Shown one piece after another: positions 51,791-64,000 of a stretch of 64,000 bases of DNA. Numbering within the stretch: position 1 is the stretch's first letter; each line of letters opens with the position of its first letter. The notes under the pieces are model-generated. The model did not search any database and was not told the DNA's origin. It was given only the letters and a program-made list of their open reading frames with translations. Both the position numbers and the translations under genes were made by a program. The DNA comes from Octopus sinensis (taxonomy: Eukaryota): positions 53,196,001 to 53,260,000 of the forward strand of contig NC_043008.1 of assembly GCF_006345805.1 (NCBI RefSeq), read 5' to 3'.

Positions 51791-52817
51791 GAGACGGACA
51801 AATACAGAGATATTATCATCATTTCAACAATTACTTATTTATGCTTGTATAGAGGAGTTAGACATGATTTAGTGAGGCAGATTTTTGATGGCTGGATGTT
51901 CTTCTTGTTGCCAATGTTCACTTGATTCTAAATAAGATAAAAGTGGAGGAACATGACTTAGTAGTTAGGGTGTTGGACTCACGATCATAAGATTGTGGTT
52001 TCAAATCCTGGACCGGGTGATGCATTGTGTTCTTGAGTAAAACACTTCATTTTATTCTCCTCCAGTCCACTCAATTGGCAAAAGTGAGTACTCCTGCGAT
52101 GGACTAGCGTCCCATCCAGGTGGGGAATTTATGTGCCATGAAACCGGGAAAATGGCCCTTATGAGTCAGCATGACTCGAGAACGTAACCTTTACCTTTAT
52201 ATCTTTTTGAAGCAAGGTAATATTTCCCCTTGTCAGGACATATTTTTACAGGTCTCTGGCATAAGAACAACCTCTTTCTTTCATGCCACTATTCTCAGAA
52301 GCCCTGTCAAGGGTCATAAGCACTACCTTTCCTCCTAACAAAAAAAGATTTTAAAACAAAACATAGTTTTCTGGGCCCCCAGCAACCCTAAAGACCCTCC
52401 TTTCCTCTTTGTGTCAGCCCTTGATTACAACCTTTCAGGTCAGGTTTCTGGAGTTGTTTTATCGTCAGTAATGATATATGTTGTGTGTGAGTGTAAGAAT
52501 ATATAATACTAAATATAGCTGTATAACAAGAAGCGATGTAATGAGAGTTGGTTATCTTATTATAACCATTGGCACCATAACCATCCAATGCTCAAATGCA
52601 AAATCAATAATGAGACTAACACTCTTACAGATCAACCTCAGCTATCTACTGGTTCATCTATTTATAAGACTTGTCCAATCCACTGACAGTCATGTGCGGA
52701 GGTGTCAGTTCACTTTGTAACAGGTATATAAATGAATTCTTCCTTCCATCCCAATAGTCTCAGAGCCTCTATGAGGTCAAAGGGACTGCTTTTCTCTTCA
52801 CAAGTAAGATAAAAACA

Positions 52818-53038
52818 ATTGGCAGAAACATTAGCACGCTGGGCAAAATGCTTAGCGGTATTTCGTATGCCGCTACGTTCTGAGTTCAAACTCCACCGAG
52901 GTCAACTTTGCCTTTCATCCTTTCAGGGTCGATTAAATAAGTACCAGTTACACACTGGAGTCAATATAATCAACTTAATCCGTTTGTCTGTCCTTGTTTG
53001 TCCTCTCTGTGTTCAGCCCCTTGTGGGTAGTAAAGCAA
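52818..53038 (+). mobile_element. Family B SINE
   Basis: Family B motifs. Confidence 0.85.
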
Positions 53039-53507
53039 GTGGTTTCTGGTCCCTAACAACCTTAAAGTATACCTTTTATTCTCTAATGTTATCCCTATTT
53101 GTTTGTCTGTCTTTTAGGCCCACCTTTTTTTTTCTTTTTTTGGGGATTTTACACACTACTGTGTACGTTTTGGTTCAATTAAGTCAACACTCGTAAATTC
53201 ACTAGCAACCTTGACACAACTTACTCAAATCAAAATGCATTGTGTGCACTGCTGTAGTGTAAACTAAGACACGCATGCAGCTGACAGAAAATCCATGCCA
53301 TTGAAAGGAAAGAAGGGAAGAAGGAAAGAGAAACCAGGAAGGAATGAGGGGAAAGAAATGAAGGAAGAAGGAAGGAAAGGAGGAGGGAAACAGCAAAATT
53401 ACAATTCCTTATTTAATAATATTATAAAGGTTAAATAAAAAATTTAAAAAAAAGACCAACTAATTTTAAATTGCATTTAACTACATAAAATAATTCATGC
53501 AAAAAAT

Positions 53508-53856
53508 TATCATCATTATTGTTATTATTATTATTATTACTATTATTATTATCATCATCATCATTATTGTTATTATCTTTATTATTATCTTTATCATCAT
53601 CATCATCATCTCATCATCATCATCCCCATCATTATCATCAGTATTATTATCATCATAACCATCATCATCACCATCATCGCCATCATCATCAGTAGCAGCA
53701 GTATTGTTGTTGTTGTCATTGTTATCACATCACCACTGTCACCATCACCATCACCATCACTGTCATCATCATCATCATCATTATCATCTTCCTCGTTCTC
53801 ATCCTATCATCATCATCATCATCATCATCATCATTATTATTATTATCATCATTATC

Positions 53857-53932
<76 letters not shown>

Positions 53933-53960
53933 CATCATCATCATTATTATTATTATTGAT
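53508..53960. repeat. Compound (ATT/ATC/ACC)n array
   Basis: Direct reading. Confidence 0.95.
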
Positions 53961-54256
53961 ATCTGCTTATTACCTGAGGTGAATCTGTTATTGAATGGAG
54001 GTTTTTGTAAATAACATCGAAATTGAAATTTAAAATAAGGAACAGCCGACAGTGAAATTTTGTGGGGGTATTTTTTGTTTCGTTTTTGTTCTTCTTAACA
54101 TTCAGTGAAACAGTGCTGAAGAAATGGTTTTCCTTAAACATTCAGATTAAATTGTATGGAAAATTTCATTAAGTATTGTAAATCTCATAAAAAAATACTC
54201 AATGACAGAATTATAAAGCTATACACATGAACATACATATATGCTTACACATGAAA

Positions 54257-54293
<37 letters not shown>

Positions 54294-54530
54294 CTGTACA
54301 TTTATACACAAAAGAGGTAACCCTAACAGGACACCTTATATGCTAAAACGTGCAGTCAAAGCCCAAACCATGTATATATTATTCAAGGGAATTCCAACTC
54401 TGTCTGTTTTTTATGTTTTATTTATATTCTTTATAATATTAATGCAGAATATAGAATATATAGTATAAATAATATAGATATAGTAAAATGAAATGAAGTA
54501 TTGATTGTCTTATTGAATATCATTTATTAA

Positions 54531-54574
54531 GGGACTAGTATACTTTCTTGCATTAAAGCAGTCTTCAAGGTCCC
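54531..54574 (-). ncRNA. Degenerate hammerhead-like motif in the 3' region of the Penelope-like element
   Basis: Reverse complement: gggac-cTTGAAGA-ctgc(tttaat)gcaa-GAAA-gtatac-TA-gtccc; 5-bp stem I and 8-nt palindrome agtatact. Confidence 0.6.
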
Positions 54575-54797
54575 AGGTTGTGACAGTAGTGTTTCAACTG
54601 TAGTTGACTGGCTGTCTTTTGTCCTTTATATATGTTCCTGTGGGCAGCAGTAGTAGTTGTTTGGCTATTTTTAGAAATGTTGCCAAACCATTTTTCAATG
54701 TTTATTTTTAGAAATGATGACAGCAGTACTTTTTAGAGATTTTTTGTGTTTTAGTAATAGGGATAAGATTTTTAGACACCAAATAAGAATTATTTAA

Positions 54798-55140
54798 TCA
54801 TTGTTTGTTAAGCTTGGGTTTGAATTTCTTAATAAAGTCCTTTTCTCTCAGTTTTCTCTCAATTTCCTTCAGGTTGTAAATTTTATGAAATGGGAATATC
54901 ATAAAAGTTTTCCAACCACGTGTTGCCAGATGGTTACTCAGTGGTATTTGGCAGACTTCTGGGTTTTTAATTTGTTGTCGATGCACACATGAGCATTCTG
55001 AAAGTGCATTACCTGTTTGGCCAACATAGAGTTTTTCACAATTTGGGCATTTGATGCAGTAAATTAAATTTCTGTTTTTGCAGTTCATGTTTGCATTTGA
55101 GAATATTTTCCCTGTTTTTGTGTTTATATATGGGCCGGTA
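54798..55140 (-). pseudogene. Penelope-like element GIY-YIG endonuclease domain, 5'-truncated and degenerate
   Basis: NCKNRNLIYCIKCPNCEKLYVGQT...ERKLREKDFIKKFKPKLN shows the GIY-YIG pattern with the CxxC insert typical of PLEs; the expected catalytic Arg reads Cys (LSECSCVH). Confidence 0.85.
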
Positions 55141-55425
55141 TGAATTAATTGGCATGTACCCCAGCCAATGCGGTACACGCGGTACATGCATGTACATACA
55201 GTACATGCATGTACATGTGGTACATGCATCACCCGTTGCTACATTCTGAGTTCGAATTCTGCTAAAATTGACTTTGCCTATCATCCTTTCAGGGTCAATA
55301 AATTAAGTACCAGTAAAACACTGGGGTCGATATAATCGACTTACCTCCTCCTACCAAAATTGCTGCCCTTGTGGCAAAATTTGAAACCATTATTATTATC
55401 ATTATTATTATTATTATTCATTTAA

Positions 55426-55646
55426 CCCTTTCATTACCAACCCAGCTGAAACCAGCTCTGGGTCTGTAATACAAATGTCTTGTTTCCAAAAGTTCTAAAT
55501 TAAAATCTTCCATCAAACCTTAGTCACAATTTATGTTCCTAACACTAGCTTTAATGATAACTAAGTTATTTACTAAATTCTTTGTTATATTTAAAGTAAT
55601 TGAAAGTAACACAGAACATCTCAAAATATATGCAGTAACGAAAGGG
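55426..55646. mobile_element. piggyBac-like MITE
   Basis: ttaa|ccctttcattac ... gtaacgaaaggg|ttaa. Confidence 0.85.
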
Positions 55647-55706
55647 TTAATGTGCCCCTTCCTTGCTGGCATGGATTGGACAGTTTGGTAGAAGGTGGCC
55701 AGGCAT

Positions 55707-56137
55707 ACTCTTTTTTACTCTTTTACTCTTTTACTTGTTTCAGTCATTTGACTGCGGCCATGCTGGAGCACCGCCTTTAGTCGAGCAAATCGACCCCGGG
55801 ACTTATTCTTTGTAAGCCCAGTACTTATTCTATCGGTCTCTTTTTTGCCGAACCACTAAGTAACGGGGACGTAAACACACCAGCATCGGTTGTCAAGCAA
55901 TGCTAGGGGGACAAACACAGACACACAAACACAGACACACAAACACACACACATATATATATATATACATATATACGACTGGCTTCTTTCAGTTTCCGTC
56001 TACCAAATCCACTCACAAGGCATTGGTCGGCCCAGGGCTATAGCAGAAGACACTCGCCCAAGATGCCACGCAGTGGGACTGAACCCGGAACCATGTGGTT
56101 GGTTAGCAAGCTACTTACCACACAGCCACTCCTGCGC
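55707..56137 (-). mobile_element. SINE family A, young subfamily
   Basis: Full-length reverse complement. Confidence 0.9.
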
Positions 56138-56685
56138 ATGTTATATTTTCATTGTAACATTGTCCCAGAATTTGAAACCAATATTTCAAGCTTTATTCAG
56201 AATTTAATTCTTCCTAATTTGGTATGAAGACTGAATTAAACACCAAAAATACACAAAATGACTTCCAGAAATTTCTACCATTCTTATTCCAAGTTTCTTT
56301 CTTTTAGCTCCTCTTACCATTTCCACTCTGCTAAATTAAGTATTTAATCTCATTTTGATTAAATGAAATATCTCAGCAAATATTCCTGGCACCATCATAA
56401 CTTCTTTAGTTAATCAACAATTGATATTCTATTTGTTTCTATTATTGTCTGAGGCAAGCTTCTGATAAAACAGGATGACAAAATTCATTTTAACCCTTCA
56501 GATACCAACCTGCCTGAGACCATCCTTAGTTCTATGATGTAAACTCCTTGTTTTGGAGTCAACTAAATCAAAACTTCCCATCAATATTTCATGTTAACCC
56601 TTTGAATATTAACCCCCCCACCCCGCGGGAACCACCCTAGTTTTATATTACAAACCTCATGTTTTAAAGTCATCAAAATTAAATC

Positions 56686-56938
56686 GGAGATGTACTTGCA
56701 TAGCGAGTGACTTGATCTGAGATCGTGTGCTGGAATGAAAACAATTGCAGCGTGGAAGGTGTTTATAAGCCATTTAAGAAACACACAAAAACTTCGTGCT
56801 GCATCTTGAAGTTTTGTCAGTGAACAGGTCGCAGTCTTAAAGCGACGAAAATATTTTGACAAATTAAATTTAAATGTTGAAGTGAATCTAACGGTTTTGT
56901 GTGTTTCTTAAATGGCTTATAAACACCTTCCACACTGC
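56686..56938. mobile_element. Insertion with an internal 46-bp inverted repeat, flanked by a 12-bp direct repeat
   Basis: IR at 56745-56790 versus 56895-56940 (1 mismatch); caaaattaaatc at 56674-56685 and 56938-56949. Confidence 0.65.
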
Positions 56939-58104
56939 AAAATTAAATCTTTCCATCACAATTTCATGTTAACCCTTTGAATACTAACCCCCACCCGAGA
57001 ACCACCCTAGTTTTATATTACAAACCTCATGTTTTAAAATTATCAAAATTAATCTTTCCATCGAAATTTCAAGTTTATTTTTGTCTCAAATATCATCTTA
57101 TCACCATTTAATATGTTTTCTATGCCAGTGCACCAGAGAACTGCACCAAATGCCACTGTTGGCTTTCACGTGGTTTCTATGGTTGGATACCTTTTCTAAC
57201 ACCTTGATAATGAGAAAATTATTTTTAAAAATACTTCATTATCTTCAAAATTAGTTGAAACCAAAATGTTTTCAACAGAAATATGATATCAAAAAGGCTT
57301 AAAGAGACCTAAATTAGAAAATTCCATCAAAATTTTATGTCAAATTATGTTTCAAACACCAGCTTCTTAAAGACAAAATTATTTTATTAAATCCTTCGTT
57401 ATTTTCCAAATTAATTGAACGAAAGCCAGTGTATTTCAACAGGAATACAGTAACAAAAGGGGTTAATAGATCCAAATTAAAACTCTCCATCAAAATTTCG
57501 TGTTAATTTGTTTCAAACGCCAGCTTATTTTACTAAATTCTTCATTATTTTAAAATTGATTGAAACAAAAGCCGTGTAGTTCTTCAGAAATATGATATCA
57601 AAAAGGTTAATTTCCTTCCGTCCTTATGACATCAGACACTGGCAGCCTCTTTTGATTTCCTTGTCAAGTGCTATGTGTTTATCAGAGAATTTTTATTGGA
57701 GAACACAAAGATGGACACATGTGGCCTTCATTCTCATATTCTTTTACATTACTACATGACATCATCTTGTTAGTTTAGATACAGAGAAGTTTGTCACGTT
57801 TGCCTGGGCACTAAAAATATGACCCATAGCCCTTGCTTGCAAACAAGTATGTCTTGGTACCATTGGTACCATGTCTCTTTACTGCCCACAAGGGGCTATG
57901 AAAGACAAAAGATGAGTTCAGCAGGTTTGAAATCAAAACCTTGGGATGTGAAATTTGATAGGATTTGATTGCTATTTCTAGCAAGCCTAACAATTCTACA
58001 GTACAGTGGTTCTCAACCATTTCTCACCTATGGACCCTTTTGATTCCTATTTTATTCTAATGAACCCTAATAACCGATCATTGTCTTAAAAGTCGTATCA
58101 TATA

Positions 58105-58274
58105 GGCACAGGGGTGGCTGTGTGGTAAGTAGCTTGCTTACCAACCGCATGGTTCCAGGTTCAGTCCCACTGCATGGCACCTTGGGCAAGTGTCTTCTAC
58201 TAAAGCCTTAGGGCGACCAAAGTCTTGTGAGTGGATTTGGTAGGCAGAAACTGAAAGAAGCCTGTCGTATATAA

Positions 58275-58349
<75 letters not shown>

Positions 58350-58512
58350 TGTGTGTGTGTATGTATGTGTGTATATATTTGTGTGTCTGTGTTTGTCACC
58401 CCACCGTCGCTTGACAACCAGTGTTGGTGTGTTTGTGTCCCTGTAACTTAGCGGTTCAGCAAAAGAGACCAAAAGAATAAGTACTAGGCTTACAAAGAAT
58501 GAGTCCTGGGGT
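58105..58512 (+). mobile_element. SINE family A, 3'-truncated by a (GAT/GAG)n array
   Basis: Family A motifs. Confidence 0.85.
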
Positions 58513-59331
58513 GTTTGAGATGATGGAGATGAGGAAGATGATAATGACAAGGATAATAATGATGATTATGATGGTGGTGATAGTGATGGTGGTGACGATG
58601 ATGAAGACGAAGATTATGATGATGAGGAGGATGAGGATGAAGAGGATGAGGATGATGATGAAGAGAAGGATGAGAGTGATAAAGTGGATGAGGAGGATAA
58701 TGATGATGATGTACTCTCTCTGGATTAAAACCCAGCTTTTCAGCAGAAGTTCACCTTTTGCAAAGTTGAAAGAAATTGTCATTCTTGTTTATTTCATGCC
58801 AGCTAAGAGAATTTAATTAATTGATTGAACTTTCCTAATCAGGCATTAATGCTAATGTATCAGTAACTGTACCGACTTTGAGAAAGATGAGAGAAGCAAG
58901 GCGGCAGTTATAAACAGTAGGTGTGATCTTCACAGCTTTATTAAGATCATTGATAACGTAACTATGGTGAGCAAATAGCAACAGTGGAGAATCATTGAAG
59001 CGACTTCACCCAGTGTTTGTGCTAAGAGTGGCTGTGTGGTAAGTAGCTTGCTTACCAGCCACATGGTTCCGGGTTCATTCCCACTGTGTGACACCTTGGG
59101 CAAGTGTCTTCTACTATAGCCTTGGGCCGACCAAAGCCTTGTGAGTGGATTTGGTAGACAGAAATGGAAAGAAGCCCGTCGTGTATATATATATATATAT
59201 ATATATATATTTGCGAGAAAGTGTGCAAGACATCTGCTGGATTGAAGGTACACATGCAGTGTCATAGGGCTTAGGAATTGTTGAAGGCTATTTACTGAAC
59301 CCTCATTCATCGTCTTCAATGAGAGAATTCA

Positions 59332-59373
<42 letters not shown>

Positions 59374-59378
<5 letters not shown>

Positions 59379-59836
59379 TCAGGCACATGCATCACAACCA
59401 TATGTGTGCGACATAGTAATCTCATATCAAGATAAACAGTGCATGACTTTGCAGATGGGGGCCCAGTTAGAATTTTCTTCTGGTCGAGTAGCCCATCCTG
59501 CTCAAATGGTCCCTGAATAAGGTTTGTTTAAGGATGATGAACAAGACACCCATGTTTCCAGATGTGAATTATTCAAACCCTAAAGAATTCCACTTAACAC
59601 ATGGCTATGATGCTTCCCCACTACTTCTAATCATGATTAGAGATGCACATATTGCCAGCCACAAAGGGATATTCCCTACTGGTTAAGGTCAAACAACCGA
59701 GAAGCAAATCTATGGTACTGAGCAGAATATTTGCTGTAGCTCATCTTTCATGTCAAGACAAAACAATGTATATGACAACACTTCCAATCAGTTAAGATCA
59801 GAAGCCATGAGAGCTTGTGCCTGGTACTGCACCAGA
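59374..59836 (+). mobile_element. Unclassified interspersed repeat, family E (also 63527-64000)
   Basis: Two long homologous copies plus one inverted fragment, all next to microsatellites. Confidence 0.75.
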
Positions 59837-59904
59837 TTATTATTATTATTATTATTATAATTATTATTATTATTATTATTATTATTATCATTATTATTAT
59901 TATT

Positions 59905-60425
59905 CAGTAGTTTTATTTTTATAGCGTGCTTTCACTTCCCTACCGAGCACAGCTCTGTGTGCCTTGGGTGTGTGCTGTGGTTTGTTATGATGCTCTGATG
60001 GTTACTGTATTGAAGGTGTTCTGCGTAGGATGTGTGCAGTGCCTAACAGTTTAATTTTCTGTATGTTATATGTGTTTGTAAGTCCTGGTGTTTTTGTTAT
60101 GTATTTGTCTGAATATTTTTTTATCATGCCTAATGCACCTACTATGATAGGAATTGTTTCTGTTTTTAGATTCCACATTCGAGTTACCTCTATTTCCAGG
60201 CCTTTGTATTTTGAAAGTTTCTCCATTTCTTTTAGAAACACGTTGTCATCTGCTGGTATTGATACATCAATTAGAAAGCATTTTTTTTTCTTCATGATCT
60301 CTGATAACTATATTTGGTCTGTTGGCCTTAATTACTCTATCTGTGTGTATTGGCATATCCCAGAGTATGGTTGCTTTCTTGTTTTCTGTGACCTTTTCTG
60401 GTGTGTGCCTATACCATCTTTATTT
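59905..60425 (-). mobile_element. 5'-truncated R4/Dong-type LINE with restriction-like endonuclease C-terminus
   Basis: WYRHTPEKVTENKKATILWDMPIHTDRVIKANRPNI, then a frameshift in the A run, then CFLIDVSIPADDN...KEMEKLSKY...PIIVGALG; (TTA)n on both flanks. Confidence 0.9.
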
Positions 60426-60433
60426 TGTTGTTG

Positions 60434-60486
<53 letters not shown>

Positions 60487-63400
60487 GCTATATGTGTTGT
60501 GGCATTTTTATCATAACATAACCTTGTCAGCAGATTTGGGGGGGAGGGACCAGTTCATTGAGTTCCATCATAAACAACATAATCCTTCATGAATCGCATT
60601 TATCCATAGCTAGAAATCATTTATCTAATCTAAAAGTTCTATTCAATTTGTTTTAATCCTTGCCCTGGGTCTGTTCCAAGTAGGATTAACTGGATTTATC
60701 CAACAACAATGATCATTGAATGAAAACCAAGTTTTCATTATCTTTCATCATCCTACAAAGAAAAATATTTCATTCTAAATTCTTGAACCAATTATGATTT
60801 CCGATGAAAGTTTTTACATAAATCTCACCACTGAAACTAAAATGTCCCAGGTAGGGAATAAGCTTTCCTTAACTGATTAAATAAATTTATTTATCTATTT
60901 TTAAATGACTTTAAATTTTGGTTTAACTTTTGTTCATTTGTCCATAAAAGTTTTTCTTCTAAGTATTTTTTTTAAAAAACATTTAATTGTATCGAAATAA
61001 TTAAAAGTTTGACAAACATTAATGAGGAATATTTTGATCTTGCCTAGAACAGATGATTGATGTGAGTATCAAATTTTAATTCAAACCCTCAGAACCAAAC
61101 CAGCTGAAAAATTACCCCACAATTCACGTATTGCCCACCACTGCATACCTTTCGAATATGTCTTAAAGATTTAAACTCAGCACCTCAGCCATGCAACAAT
61201 TCCAGCTAATTTGTAGTACCGGTTCCATCCACACTCATACCTTGTGTCTGATGCAGTTCTTTATTTTTCAACCCTTCTTACAATATTTCCCCAAGCAACA
61301 CCTCTCTTGATAAATTTCGGTAGATGTGTCCTGTTTATTTAACTGTCATGATTCACGAACTTCTGGCTTCTGGTATTTGTTTCCCATTGGTAAAATTCAG
61401 CTTCAAATATGGCCTAAATCTTACTCCCACATGATGTGTATCCCCCCACTACTCCACAAAATTTCCTCCTTGTGAAGCTTCTTCAACCGAATTCTCTATT
61501 GTATGTACTTGTAGCTTATAGTAAACACACCACACTCACTCACTGATATTTCTTATGTTTCTGTGCAGAAGTACAATATTTTTGCTATTTTTCTTCTCTC
61601 TTATTTACTTTCACTGTTTTCGTCACCGATTTTGTAAATAATAATGAAAATAATGAGCTTGCGCATATGGTGCTCAGATGCACGACACAACATTGGGAAA
61701 TCATAAAAGAGAGCAGCACAGAAAAAAAGCAATAAGCCAAGTTAAGAAAGACACCAATGATAGCCCAAAGTGCCTATGCACCGTTTCCTTTTTATGGCTG
61801 TTTTATGGTTCACTTTTCTGTCTTATTTAGTCTTATTCTGTGTACGTGCACTTTTGGCTTCATTGCTGTCACTGGTTTTGTCACCAATTTTGCAAATGAT
61901 AATGAAAATAATGAGTTTATTGTATATAGTGTTCCAGTGCAAAACAACGACTGATCAGAAAAGGATAGAAGAAGGAACAGAAAGCAGCAGAAAATCAAAG
62001 ATCAACAGCAATGAAAGCTAAAAGCTAAAAGCTAAAAGCTAAAAGTACATGTACTGTTCAAAGAATAAAACGCAACATGACACATCTTCATCATCGTCAT
62101 CATGATCATCATTTACTGTCCATTTTCCATACTGGCATCAGACAGATGGTTTGACAGGAGCTGGCTCTATAGCTGTTTTAGCAGGGTTTTTATGACTGGA
62201 TGGCCCTTCCTAATGCCAACCTCTTCACAGAGTGTACTGGGTACTTTTAAGTAGCACCGGACAGGGGATTTTACATTGAACCAGAACAGGTGCTTTTTAC
62301 ATGGTGCCAGCACCCACAAGCCCACAAGATTAGGAATGCTCAGCTGACAAAAGACACAAGGGGCTTGCCTGTATGCAACACCCACATTTCACACAAATGT
62401 GAAAAGTCAAAGTGCATTAAAGAGAATTTTTGAAAGATGCTGTGTCTTCACAGCTAATAACAGACACACTTAGTTTATTCTATGCTTTTGCCATTCTGAA
62501 AAGGAAAAAAACGGAACAAAAAAATTATTTCGAGGAAAATAATTTCTGGAAATAGAATAGACAGGACAAGACCAGAGTAGAGACGTGAAGAACAGAAAGT
62601 CACTGAAGAGATCACAGAATGTGTGACAAAAGAATTGTGACAATAAAGTTAAAGTGAAGATCAAATAAATAGTGTGTGTGGTTATTGGTAAAAAAAGAAA
62701 AAGAAAATGACCATCCCCAAATATAACAGTATTTCTGAAAAATTCAAATGCAAAATCATAAAGAAAGGATTAAATATAGTGAAGTTTTTAACATTTAACG
62801 TTTAGTTATTCCAAACATTATTTAGGTTCACAAAAGTTTTGAAAATAAACTGATTATAAAACACAAGATTTCGGGCAAAAAACAGATCTTTAGCTACAGG
62901 AAATCTCTCTTCATAAACATTCTACAATTAAGTTTAAATCTAAAACAATAAAAAAAACTATAACTGCGTAAGTGTTCACAAAATTAACGAAGTGAACCAA
63001 AACAAAAAATATGGAATTAATGAAGGTTACTCTCGTCATGTGGTAACTAATGTTAATGAAATAGATGATGCTAAAGGGGTGACAACTCTGTAATTTTAAT
63101 TAATTAAAATTAGCTCTATGCATACAATGGAGATTTGGATGAGGGACCTAGAATGGTTTTGATGATACAGATTCACTTGTGTGATCCTCTAAATCACCTG
63201 CTCATTGATTTAACATGCAAACGGCCAACTATTCCACAAACACATGTAAGTCTCTATTAAAATCAGCAACACAGTGCATGATAAGTTTATTTCTTTGAAT
63301 TACAAGTACACTCTACCTGAGAGGCATCTCTACAGTTTCCATTTACTCAATTTCACTCAAAAATTATAAATCAATCAGAAGCTGTAGAAAAAAAACTGGG

Positions 63401-63526
63401 TTACATCATGCAGTCGGATGAGCCCTAGGACCTAGTTGTTGTTCATCCATAGTGTGGTGGCTACAGATTATTATTATTATTATTATTATTATATTATTAT
63501 TATTATTATTATTATTATTGTTATTG

Positions 63527-64000
63527 TGTAGGAGAGCAGTGCATGCCATCAAAGTGAGACAGGGGTAAAATATACGAAGCCCAGTATACCCATCATGACT
63601 ACCCACATGATAAGGGTACACTAGGTACATGCATCACAACCATATGTGCATGACATAGTAATCTCATATCAAGATAAACAGCACATGACCTTGCAGGTGG
63701 GGCCCAGTTAGAATTTTCTTCTGGTCGAGTAACCCCTCCTGCTCAAAAAGTCCCTGAATAAGGGTTGTTTAAGGATGTTGAACAAACCACCCATGTTTCC
63801 AGAGCTGAATTATTCAAACCCCAAAGAATCCCTCTCAACGCATGGCTATGATGCTCCCCCACTACTTCTGCTCGTGATCAGAGATGCACATATCGTCAGC
63901 CACTAAGGGAAATGCTTAACTGGTTAAGGTCAAACAAGTGACAAGCAAATCTGTGGTATTGAGCAGAATATTTGCTGTGGACCATCTTTCATACCAAGAC
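63527..64000 (+). mobile_element. Family E repeat running off the window end
   Basis: Homologous to 59374-59836; preceded by (TTA)n. Confidence 0.75.

Larger units (their letters stand above)
1..64000 (+). other. KCNN: Body of the SK gene: upstream intron probably >20 kb, introns 20138-28496 (8359 bp) and 28625-32717 (4093 bp), downstream intron probably >31 kb
   Basis: Exon order and phases. No pore exon (GYGD...M|gt) found before 20027 and no TQ...coiled-coil exon found after 32787 by eye. Confidence 0.7.

Noticed and set aside
54321-54357. Possible further hammerhead relic (cctaacagga...taaaacgtgcagtc)
   Set aside because: Both conserved core segments are too degenerate to support a call.
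58936-58966. 31-nt cryptic exon (cacag...atg|gtgagc)
   Set aside because: Weak pyrimidine tract; phase-0 entry gives LY-stop; such site pairs arise by chance and there is no expression evidence.
61020-61560. Possible degenerate LINE coding relic on the - strand
   Set aside because: Multiple stops in all frames examined and no recognisable motif.
1110-63630. Most ORFs in the six-frame track (poly-I/Y, poly-V, poly-D, MYVC and HTYI repeats, and recurrent QIHSQG..EDTCPRCH peptides)
   Set aside because: They are translations of microsatellites or of SINE A/B/C copies, with no protein-family signal.

Overview
AT-rich, microsatellite- and SINE-dense animal genomic DNA. The repeat families and the gene look octopod (Octopus-like); this is an inference. 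The whole window appears to lie inside one + strand gene encoding a small-conductance Ca2+-activated K+ channel (SK/KCNN family). Three coding exons are recognisable (20027-20137, 28497-28624, 32718-32787). They splice in frame with canonical AG/GT ends and encode the end of S6 and the calmodulin-binding domain. I could not find the upstream pore exon or the downstream coiled-coil exon, so they are probably outside the window. The introns contain several tRNA-derived SINE families, two R4/Dong-type LINE 3' ends embedded in (TAA)n, an RTE 3' end, a Penelope-like GIY-YIG fragment, a deleted mariner, piggyBac/Tc1/hAT-like MITEs, a non-autonomous Helitron, a 115-bp satellite with higher-order structure and many microsatellites. 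The most notable non-obvious signal is five minimal hammerhead-ribozyme-like motifs. Four sit in two families of about 200-bp non-coding elements; these show stem covariation, one family has a non-canonical CUGU(U/G)GA core, and one copy of each family is inserted in the linker of the same SINE family. The fifth lies downstream of the Penelope endonuclease. Almost all ORF-track entries are microsatellite or SINE artefacts. Repeat boundaries were read by eye and are approximate unless a TSD or TIR is stated.
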